Positions 52,966-64,000 of a stretch of 64,000 nt of DNA are shown here, one piece after another. How positions within the stretch are numbered: position 1 is the first letter of the stretch; every line of letters starts with the position of its first letter. Source of the DNA: Octopus sinensis (lineage: Eukaryota); the NCBI RefSeq assembly GCF_006345805.1, contig NC_043012.1, positions 48,918,001-48,982,000 of the forward strand, written 5' to 3'. Made by a program: the position numbers and the translations under genes. The notes under the pieces were generated by a model. The model saw only the letters and a list, made by a program, of their open reading frames with translations. It had not been told where the DNA came from and did no database searches.

Positions 52966-53844
52966 ATATATATATATATATATAATATATATATATATAT
53001 AATATATATATATATATACACATACATATATATATACATACATACATACATACATACATACATACATACATACATACACGGACATAATATGCAAACACCT
53101 TTGTTTATGAGATACTTCTCTGAAGATTAATAACATGCAAGACTTCCCCGTACTTGTTTCCTATCAGCGATGGGTGCTTTGTTTCTTTGTTAAATAGAAC
53201 ACAAAGAATAACAGATTAAATAAATAAATAAACGACTTATTAAACAGTAAAAATACACATCCTTATACAAACACTCACAAACCCATATATATGTGTGTCT
53301 GTGTGCTTACGTACTACGTATGTATGTATGTATGTATGTATGTACGAATGCATGTATACATTTATGTATGCAAGTATACGCATGCATATTGGTATATATG
53401 TGTATACGTGTGTAGTTACATAGCAATATATATGCCTATATATATATATATACATATACCTGGATGCTACCTTTACATGTATAAAAATTTATGAATAACC
53501 AGAAAACATTACGCAAATATACTTCCCACGCATATTACAGCCCATATTCAAGCACACGCGTGCGCCATCATACAACAGCAGAATGACATATATTGCAAAC
53601 CGACGCATGCGTAGACGCTTACGCATATATGCATACATGTTAATGTTTGTACGCTTCCTAAATATGTGTGTGTATACGTATCTCTGAATAAACAGACACA
53701 TGTATATCTATATTTACATACACAAATATATGCATATATGTGTATGAAAATATATACAATACGCAATATACATACATACATACATACATATATATATGTG
53801 TGTATATATTTACACACATATATAATACATACATACATACGTAT

Positions 53845-53876
<32 letters not shown>

Positions 53877-54086
53877 GTCCATGAAACGCACGCAGTATGT
53901 ATGTATGTATGTATATATATATATATATATATATGTCCATAAATCCCACGCAGTACGTACGTATGTATGTATGTATGTAGGTATGTATGTATGTATATAT
54001 ATTTACATATATATAACACATACATACACACACACACACACACCACACACACACACACGCACATATAATATATATATATATTATAT

Positions 54087-54123
<37 letters not shown>

Positions 54124-55495
54124 TCATACAAATATGTATACACTCATACATACATACATACGCGCATGTAATAGCGCACAATAAAAGGTCAGGAACTGAA
54201 TCAAGCTTATTTGATGTCCATATAATTGCAACTGGAATAGGTTTCTCTAAATTTATTTTGCCCACTCCTTCTCCCCAACCAATCTACGAACATACAGCGA
54301 CAAAAAGTAACAAAAATAATAAAGAATCAACTCTTAGAAAACCCAAAAATAATTAGCAGAGCTTGGCTAAGAAATCACTGGAGTCCGTTCTGTCATTGGT
54401 TAGAATGCGATATTAGCCGGTGTGTTACGTAAGAGATTCGACCCGAAATTAACAGTGCTCTTTGAAATTCAATTTATTCTCTCCGAACGAAGCATTGTCA
54501 ATATTATGTCCATAAAGTCAGGCGGTATTCCTTTGAGAACAAAGCCTAATTAAATTCATGCCGAAAACACTGTAATGGGATGAAACTCTAACTAGAAAAA
54601 ATATATAATAAATAGAGAGAGGAGAAGAGACAGAGGGAGAGAAGGAAAGAGAAGGAGAGAGTGAGAGAAGGGAGAGTGAGGAAGGAGAAAGGGGAGAAGT
54701 GAGAAAGAGAAGGGAGAGCATCAGAGGGAGGAGAAAGAGTAAGAGAGTACATGATGGGCAGGATGAGAGAGAGAGAGAGAGAGAGAGAGAAAGTGAAACA
54801 GATAATGTGGTGGCAGTGGTGGTGGTGGTTGTGGTGGTGGCGGTGAAGCTGCAGATGAAATTAATAAGTTAAAATAATAGCGCAGCTGCCGCCGCCGCCG
54901 CCGCCCTCTTGCGTTTGTGCACACGCCAATGCAAGTGAAACGAGAAACACACACGCGTACTGTGGTGTCAGAAAGACGCATATAGCGACACTTAGAAACA
55001 CACTCATTGTCATATCAGAAGCACATGCATATACAGGTGCCTGGAACCCACGCATATAATTGTATATACAATGTTGTATAACAGAAATAGACTCGCATTG
55101 TAATAGCAATACACACGCATACATTAGTATGTACAGCATTATGTACTACGAGTACAAAAATATTCCGGTAAGAGAAAGACCCGCAAATAAAGGTATACAT
55201 GCTGCTCTATACCAGAAATACATACACATTGTAAAAGCAAAAGCACATGCGTATAAATAACACTATTATATATATATCAGGCACGTGGAATATTGTAATA
55301 GCAGAAACAAGCCCATAGATTGGTATATATATATGCCATGGTATACAATAAATACAAAGATACTTTGGTAGCACATGTGCATACGCTGTGCACAAACAAA
55401 CACACATGAATAATACGTCACAAGAAGAGGAGTGACGTCATCCATCCCTCTTCTCGTAAAACTATATAATAAATACGTACTCTACTAAAAATATT

Positions 55496-55881
55496 ACTCG
55501 CTTTTACTCTTTTACTTGTTTCAGTCATTTGACTGCGGCCATGCTGGAGCACCACCTTTAGTCGGGCAAATCGATCCCGGGACTAATTTTTTGTAAGCCC
55601 AGTACTTATTCTATCGGTCTCTTTTGCCGAACCGCTAAGTTACGGGAACGTAAACACACCAGCATCGGTTGTCAAACGATGTTGGCGGGGGGACAAACAC
55701 AGGCACACAGAAACACACACACACATATATACATTACATATATAAGACGGGTTTCTTTCCGTTTCCGTCTACTAAATCCACTCACAAGGCTTTGGTCGGG
55801 TCGAAGCTATAGTAGAAACACTTGCCCAAGGTGCCACGGAACCTGGAACCATGTGGCTGGTAAGCAAGCTACTTATCACAC
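55496..55881 (-). mobile_element. SINE family A
   Basis: Co-linear with 4162-4541. Confidence 0.92.
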
Positions 55882-55964
55882 CCCCAACCAATTCTTCAGT
55901 TAATTGTTAAATTCTTAATCTATAGCATGACATAAAAACAAACATTAATATTTATAAATTATGA

Positions 55965-56182
55965 GGCGGTGAGCTGGTAGAATCGTTACCATGCCGGGCA
56001 AAATGCTTAGCTTTATTTCGTCCGCCTTTGCGTTCTAAGTTCAAATTCCGCCGAGGTCGACTTTGCCTTTTATCATTTCGTGGTCGATAAAATAAATGCC
56101 AGTTAAGCACTGGAGTCGATATGATATAATCGACTTACCCCATTCCTCAAACTTGCCGACCTTGTGCTAAAATTTGAAACCA
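55965..56182 (+). mobile_element. SINE family C
   Basis: ggcggtgagctggtagaatcgtt...aaatttgaaacca. Confidence 0.88.
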
Positions 56183-56392
56183 ATATAATAGAAGGCAAAT
56201 ACCGGATTAAAAATACTTTGAGAAAGAAAAAATTTAAGGCAGCTGATGGAACAGGAATCAACGTCTGTAATCAAGATAAGATATGTGGGTTCGTGTCGCA
56301 CGAGCAGCCTCAGAAAGTTTGAAAATCTTCAAATATGAATGTCTATATACTTACGTAATATATACATATACATGTATATGCTCTCTCTCTCT

Positions 56393-56600
56393 TTTTATTC
56401 TTTTACTTGTTTCAGTCATGTGATTGTGGCCATGCTGGAGCACCGCCTTTAGTCGACCAAATCGACCTCAGGACTTATTCTCTGTAAGCCTAATATTTAT
56501 TCTATCGGCCTCTTTTGCCGAACCGCTAAGTTACGGGGACATAAACACACCAGCATCGGATGTCAAGTGATGTTGGGGGGACAAACACAGACACACACAC
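56393..56600 (-). mobile_element. SINE family A, 3' half
   Basis: ttttacttgtttcagtcatgtgattgtggccatgctggagcaccgcc...acaaacacagac. Confidence 0.88.
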
Positions 56601-57548
56601 ACACACACGCACACATATATATACGTTTACAAGCATAATTCTGCTGTTTTTGCTTGAAAAAAATATTTTTACATAGACATGCTGTGTTAAAAACACAGTA
56701 TATATTGGAGCGAAACTTCTGTGGTGGATGGAATAATATATATCAATACGAGATGTGGCATAATTGAATTTGTTGACAGCAAGGAGAATGCGAAGTAAGG
56801 TAGAGAAAAGTAGGACAAAGGTTTATTTGTAGGCTGTGTATAGAGAACGGATAGTTGAGACAATTTTTCTCGTTTGAAAGAGGAAATTGCTTATTGCTGG
56901 GTCACAGTTTAGCGTGTATGTAATAGGTGTTAAAATTTAACCTGTGTAGGGGTTCATGCGACAGGTATGTCTTATTGATGTCACAAATTATGTTGGTTGA
57001 AAATTTTCTTATGACACCCTAGATTCTTGTATATACAATGAGTTGCGGTATTTTAGGGTTCATATAAAAATGTTTATAGATGATTCTGATTTGATTTGTA
57101 ACACGGCATATATCAGAAGGGGTCAAAGCTAGAGTTGACGTTATTAGATTTTTAAGAAAGGAATTCAGATGTTAAAAATAAAACCGGTTGGATTGATTTT
57201 CTTACAATAGGTTATTTATAAGAGAGCTCTGATATGTTTCTCCTGGGACTTTCAAAATATATAAATAGAGATAAATGCATGTACCTACATATTCAAATAA
57301 ATGCATTTAGATAATGTATGATTTCGTGGCTATAAGAGTGTATAAGCTGAAAGAAATATATAAATACACCATTTACAGACACACACACACGCAGACACAC
57401 GCCTACGTGCTCACGAATATACACACATATACAAGATCATACATGCGTAGTATATATATATATGTGTATATCCATACACATGCAAATATAGATATTTACA
57501 GACGTACATACGTAGAATACATCAAGTTACGCATACATATGCAGGTAT

Positions 57549-57640
<92 letters not shown>

Positions 57641-57720
57641 CAAATGTGCATATCTACACATACGCACATGCCCATCTCTCATCACATTTGTACACGCAGA
57701 CACGTATGTATACACACACA

Positions 57721-57795
<75 letters not shown>

Positions 57796-59662
57796 CATGT
57801 GTGTGTGTGTGTGTAAGTACTCGTATTTTTTATCATATGGTTAAGAAGTACGCATCACCGCTATGGAGTTTCATGTTCGATCCAAATGCCTGAGTTTGGG
57901 GACGTCCAGTTTAGCCTCAGCCCAATTAATGCATTCAAAATGAATGTGGTGGGAATTTCGTGCACTTCAAAGACCTTGCTCTGTGTTAATGTCACATAAT
58001 CTAGCTGTGGGACAGGTAGGGACATTCACATTATCTTGCTGTTTTTATACTTTTTGCTCATTACCAGGAGAGCCCTTGTGACCTAAGCCACCACTAGTAT
58101 TACCAACCATGACTTCCTCCATCTGTTTTTCTTCTTTTTATTTTTGAGAAATTATCACTCGGATTACATTATTTAACATGTTCATTCTTCAAGAGAAACT
58201 GTGATATGTAAGATGATGGAGATTTGGCTAGTATTTCTAGCATAAGACTGAACCATATTAGAAGCTTCTAAATCGGCTTGTTGCTTTTATAGTCGAACTG
58301 TTTGGAATAGGAAAACAATGAAAGGATGTTGTAAGTGTTGTTTACACTGTAGGTTTAAAGTGAGCGTTCTTGTGTTTAACCTATGGGGAGACTACAATCT
58401 GCAGATGGAACACACACGAAATGTTTGTTTGCATCGGAGTATAAAGGGTAATAAGAGTGTTCATGTGGCGGGCGGGAATAAAGGAAAGAGGATGGGAAAG
58501 AAGACATGGGGGAGAGAGGGGGGATAGGGATGGAGATGGAGGGAAGGGAAGGGAAGGTTAAAGAGAGGAGTATAGGGATAAGGGTAGTGGTTGAAGGAAG
58601 GGCTTGATGGATGGGGATTTATCTAAATTGAAGCATGAGAGTAAAAAGAAGCATGTAGAATTTTAGATATAGTGATTGATAAAGAAATGAAATAGAAAGA
58701 AAGAAAGACAGTGAGGGGAAAGAAAGAGGTGTCAGAGGTTAAGAGGAAATTTAAATCAGTAGATTGTCTGTGTGTGTGTGTTTATATTTATGTATAGATG
58801 TGTGTGTGTGTGGAGAGACAAAGAGAGGGATAGAGAGAGAACACGCGAGAAACGGGAAGCAGATTAATTTTGTGAAGAAGTAAAGAAGGTATAAAATTGT
58901 GGTAAGAAAAGGTGATATGGAGAGAGAGAGAGAGTTTAGGTGAAGTGTGTGAATGAACGAGTATACCTGTGTTGTTTTTAATTTTGTGTATTTTCGTTTA
59001 AATTTTGCGTATACCTGTGTTATTCTGTGTGTGTGTGTATGTGTGTGCACTTCGATTCATACACACACATACATTTGACTATGAAAAAAATCAATAAACC
59101 ATCCATAAAAAAAAGGGTAAAGTGTTAGGGTCTGCTTAAGGAGATTGAAGAAAATACAATAAAGACTTTTGGGATGAGAGTTTTAAGAGTCGTATAAATG
59201 AGATGAAAAAGACAGATATTTCTTTTCATTACATGCTATATATGTCCCTTCTATTTTTAACCACTTCCTGGGTCCCACTAATAAAATCCATGTTCCTTAC
59301 ATCTATAGACTGAAACAAAAGCTATTATAATTTGAAGGGTTTTTATTCCCGTCCATCCCGGTCGGTTGCATTTCCTGATAAACGTAGCTCATATAATGTT
59401 TTACACACTTCCTGGGTCAAACTAGACTTAAACATCTCACAGCTAACACAGTAAGCTTAACTGAAATCTAGGGTAAGTCAGGGGATTTTAACTGTATATT
59501 CTAGTCAGCTGTTGTCCCTGCTTTACCGACCATATGAACTTTATTAAGTGAAAAATCGTTCTTCTACCTCCTTATAAACTTTGCTACCAACATTTGGTAC
59601 AATATGTACACACTTACACACGCGCGCACGTCATCTATGTGTATATGTATGGATGTATGTAC

Positions 59663-60053
59663 TCGTTACTCTTATACTTGTTTCAGTCATTTGACTGTGG
59701 CCATGCTGGAGCACCCCCTTTAGTCGAGCAAATCAACCCTAGGACTTAGTCTTTTTTAGCCTAGTACTTATTCTATCGGTCTCTTTTGCCGAATCGATAA
59801 GTTACAGGGACGTAAACAGACCGGCATCGATTGTCAAGCGATGTTGGGGGGACAAACACACAAACATATACACACACACATATACATATATACATATATA
59901 TACATATATATGACGGGCTTCTTTCAGTTTCCGTCTACCAAATCCACTCACAGGGCTTTAGTCGGCCTGAGGCTAAGGTGCCACGCAGTGGGACTGAACC
60001 CAGAACCATATAGTTGGTAACCAAGCTACTTACCACACAGCCACTCCTGCGCC
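59663..60053 (-). mobile_element. SINE family A, full length, probable 7-bp TSD
   Basis: Co-linear with the other copies; TATGTAC at 59656-59662 and 60054-60060. Confidence 0.92.
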
Positions 60054-60176
60054 TATGTACATTATTTAGATCACAAGTCTATTCTACACCTTTTCAATTG
60101 AAGTGCTAGCCACGGAAGTTCTCCAGAAATATATTATAATAGAGTAATGACAAAAGACGACACGAAAACTATATAA

Positions 60177-60514
60177 TCTTTATATATAAAAGTGAGGTTG
60201 TGTGCTGTCTGTCTCCTACGATTTAGATTCCTAACTACTCCCACATTTTGCGGTGCAGTTTAACCAAAACCGGGTATCTTATAGTCGTGATTCATATCGA
60301 GCTCTTTTTCCCATTTTTTAATGCATTTTTTGCATATATAAGGGAAGTAACTCTCTAAAAATTTATTATTAAATCTCAGAACGTAAAAAGCTTCAGTAAC
60401 ACCCCCCCCCTTGTGGTTAGCCATATTGAGATGGCTATTATACTTTACATCTCTAAAAATGCTTATATAGTTATTTCCCTTACAAACCCGAGCAACGCCG
60501 GGCGATACTGCTAG
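60177..60514 (+). mobile_element. Non-autonomous Helitron
   Basis: A|TC start (tctttatatataaaagtgagg), hairpin cccgagcaacgccggg, CTAG|T end. Confidence 0.9.
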
Positions 60515-62016
60515 TAATAGAATAAAGACGTTAAAAAAGAAAGCAACATAAATTCATGCACTTTTTGCGTCTTTAATGCAATTTAATTTACTTCTACGAA
60601 CTTTCATGAATTAAAATTTGCCTACAAACACAACTACTATAAGTTTCCATGGATACCCGATCATACCAGCTTCTGCCTCTACTTCCTTTCTTTGTGCAGT
60701 ATTTACCGTTTAGTCAAAAAAGAAGTTCATCACATATGGCCCTTTATTTTTGAGGGCTTCTGTGACTAGTGGAGGAAATGGATAAAGTAATCCTCAAACT
60801 AGAGACTTGGCCGAATGTCTACGACAGAGTAGATTCCGCTAAAGGCACCCCGGCGCAGGTGGTTAGGATAAATTGGTAGATGGGTTGACACCATCTGAGA
60901 GTCAGAGAGCAAAGAATCGGAGCAAATGTTCTAACCCTAGCCCCGATAATTCATCGACCCGGAATCGTACCTGAGTTTATCGACCTCTTACACTTCCGAC
61001 TCTGAAACAACGAAAGAAGTTGACTTCAGTAAGGTTTGAACTCAGAGTGAAGGGAACTGCAACAATGGTCTAAAATACTTCGCCAAACCGCTGCCTTCAA
61101 CTGTTATGTATTTTCCTCTGTGGAATATGTTTATATTTTCATTTTGTCAAAACACAATATATCCATTCGTATTTGGAGGGTTTCAGATCTTTACGTGCTC
61201 AGGTGTTTCTGAGACTCAACTAACCAAAGGTGCTGGTTTAATTTCATATTCTTTCACTGGTTTTCGTCGCTAAATTGTAGTCATGCTGAAGCACAACCTT
61301 TAAAGATTTTATCCCATGACATCGAGTCCAGTACCTATTTCAGTCTGGTTATAATTTTTTCGATTTTTCTCGGACAAAATTAATGTAGTCAAAGGGATTC
61401 ATCATGAACAATAACACCATTCTTTAAACACACACGTGCGCACGCGCACACACAGAGGACAGCCTTTCGCAGTTTCCATCAACCAGTTACCCCACAAAAG
61501 ATATTGATTTGTAAGCTTGCAGCTGGCAAAGTGGATGAGAAGTGAAACCACAATTCAAAGAGTCAACAATCAATTCTTATTCTGTCATTAGCATTGCACT
61601 ATAGTCGTGGCTAAACCTATCTCCATATAATTTAATATACTTAAGAAGCGTTACAGTTCATAAATGTCAGCAGTGGGGACACTGTATATTTTCCGACTGC
61701 TTCACTAATTTGCAATGTTGTATTGAACTTCTGTCAATAATAAGCCAATGAAGGAATCTCTGCGTGATTTATAACAATTGGAACAATTAAAGAAGGAAGG
61801 CTGTTTAATATGCATCATTTCTTTCTCTCAATGAACATTTAGATAATTACTCCCTTACACACCGACATTAACAGTGCATAATAACATCTCTAAATTCCAT
61901 TCAACCACGGATCCTCTACATTGTCATTTGATCTGCTAGAACTAGCAGCCAAATATCTAATAAATCACACAGTAACATCTGAAATAGAGTAGGATGCATT
62001 GGAGAGCTGAATTAAT

Positions 62017-62298
62017 GGCGTTCCTTCGTTGTTTCCGTGACAACTCGACAATTCACTTCGGATATCTTCGTGACCTCCGAAAATTTGCGGATTTTACATA
62101 CACACATGAAGCAGGTAAGACCAAATATGCAAGGCTTTTTGCTGGCATAATTTCGTTATATCTATATTCCACAACAGACAAATACATAAAAACAGAACAC
62201 ACACACTGTCACGAAGATATCCGAAGTGAATTGTCGAGTTGACACGGAAAAAACCGAGGTTTTGTTATGATTTTGTCGAGTTAAAACGAAGGAACGCA
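62017..62298. mobile_element. MITE with GG terminus, bipartite TIRs and 8-bp TSD
   Basis: ggcgttccttcgtt...aacgaaggaacgca plus a ~42-bp inner inverted block (62033-62074 vs 62208-62250); TSD GAATTAAT at 62009-62016 and 62299-62306. Confidence 0.88.
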
Positions 62299-62524
62299 GA
62301 ATTAATAATTTCTAACGAAGGCACAGAGTAAGAAATTTGAGGATAGGGAGTCGATTATATCAACGCTATACTTAAAGTGTAGGATATTTTATCGCCTCCG
62401 AAAGGATAAAAGGCAAAACTGGCCTCGGCGCTATTTGTACTGAAGCTACAAATAGCCAGAACATAAACTGCAAATAATTCCGTCTGGTGTTCTTGAATTT
62501 TTGGCAATGTAACTGTTATAACGT

Positions 62525-62936
62525 AGGCATGGCTACGTTAGTAATTTCGGGTTCAGTTCAAATCTTGGCTGTCTTCTACTTACTATAGCCTGCGTGCACC
62601 GATTAATGCCTTGTAAGTAAAATTGGTTGGCGGAAATTGTGTTGAAACCCATTGTCAACATACATGCGTGCGTACTTATATACGTACGTACGTGCGTACA
62701 AACATGCACGAACGTATGCATACATGTGTGTGTCTTTATGTATGTCTCCATCACCACTTTAGAACCAGCTTTGTTTGATTACGTCTCCGTAACTTAGCGC
62801 TTTGATCTAGGAGTCCGATCAAATAAATACCAAAAATTGAAAATAAACGTTGGAGTCGGTTTGTTCGGCTAATCATTTCAAAGTGGTGCTCCAGCTCGGG
62901 CGCAGTCGAGTGACTGAAACAAGTAAAAGATAAACG
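62525..62936 (+). mobile_element. Old diverged SINE family A copy
   Basis: gggttcagttc...gtcttctacttactatagcc...ggtgctccagc...tgactgaaacaagtaaaagata. Confidence 0.75.
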
Positions 62937-63220
62937 ATATACGATTAGGCTGCCTTTGAATATTGGTCTCCTCAAAAAACATTAACTTGGGATTAAGAAA
63001 ACAACAGCGCAGTTTCGAATGTCGAAAAATTTGACACCAAATTGCAAACATTCAATGTTTAAGGAAGTTACAGGCCTTCATGCATTTCTGACCGGTTAGC
63101 ATGCGTCTTCCACGAGTTTAGGACAAAACCCCACTAAGACAAAAACTCCCAATAAAAAAATTTTTTAAATCGGAAAAAAGCCCTTGAGGCCAAAAAAAAA
63201 AAAAAATATATATAACAATA

Positions 63221-63612
63221 GGCGTAGCTTGCTTACCAACCACATGGTTCCGGGTTCAGTCCTACTGCGTGGCACCTTGGGCAAATGTCTTCTACTATAG
63301 CCTCGGGCCGACCAAAGCCTTGTGAGTGGATTTCGTAGACAGAAACTGAAAGAAGCCTGTCGTATATATGCATATATATATATATGTATATGTGTGTTTA
63401 TGTTTGTGTGTTTGTGTTTTTCCCTCCCACATCGCTTGACAACCGATGGTGGTGTGTTTACGTCCCCATAACTTAGCAGTTCGGCCAAAGCGAATCGATA
63501 GAATAAGTACTAGGCTTCCAAAGAATAAGTCCTGGGATCGATTTGCTCGACTAAAGGCGGTGCTCCAGCACGGCCACAGTCAAATGACTGAAACAAGTAA
63601 AAGAGTAAAGAG
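63221..63612 (+). mobile_element. SINE family A (head deletion between two GTAG words)
   Basis: ggcgtagcttgcttaccaacc...gactgaaacaagtaaaagagtaaagag. Confidence 0.92.
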
Positions 63613-64000
63613 TAACATGCAACATTAAACTTAAAATTAGTATTCTTATTATTTGTAGTTTACGAAATCTTCACAAAAATGAACATAATAAAAAGGACAT
63701 CATAAGGTATCTTTGAAATATTACCACAAATACAATATTGAAAACCTCATTAAATGAGGTTCATTTAAAGTTCATTTTGCTACAGCCTCATACTGCACCC
63801 TACGCCAATCAGAAATTCCTCCGTGGTCTTCTCATTCACTTAGTCCAGAGGGAGATTTTGTCCCTGCGGTGTTCTGTCAGGACCCCGTCTTCCATCCTGT
63901 AATCGATTTAGTTTCAACCCAAGATCTCAGATCAAAACACATGACAAGCCAGCACTCCTCCGCAATTTATGTTAAATTAGGTGTGAAGCTGAAGCAAGAC

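Noticed and set aside
55433-55440. CRE palindrome TGACGTCA
   Set aside because: One 8-mer in 64 kb is compatible with chance; no promoter context.
56620-57260. Possible decayed GIY-YIG/PLE coding relic (similarly ~25150-25640)
   Set aside because: Only vague peptide resemblance across frameshifts; cannot be supported without a profile search.

Overview
AT-rich, microsatellite-saturated eukaryotic DNA with no recognisable host protein-coding exon, so probably intergenic or deep intronic. The SINE content (tRNA-headed, CORE-like SINEs resembling the octopus OR1/OR2 type) suggests an octopus/coleoid genome; this is inferred from memory, not from a search. Nearly all ORFs in the track are microsatellite artefacts. 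The window is packed with transposon relics: three recurrent tRNA-headed SINE families, CR1-group, RTE and R4/Dong-type LINE fragments, mariner (DD34D-type) and maT (DD37D) relics, hAT, piggyBac, Tigger-like and GG-ended 8-bp-TSD MITEs, and two non-autonomous Helitrons. The most striking signal is a set of about 7 intact or near-intact, plus several decayed, minimal type-I hammerhead ribozyme motifs with palindromic stem III. They lie in short Penelope-like inserts, mostly within or beside (TA)n tracts. They show three Watson-Crick versions of the catalytic-core 3:8 tertiary pair (C3:G8, U3:A8, G3:C8). One pair of them sits in the arms of a 763-bp inverted repeat. All coordinates were read by eye and may be off by a few bases where elements are decayed.
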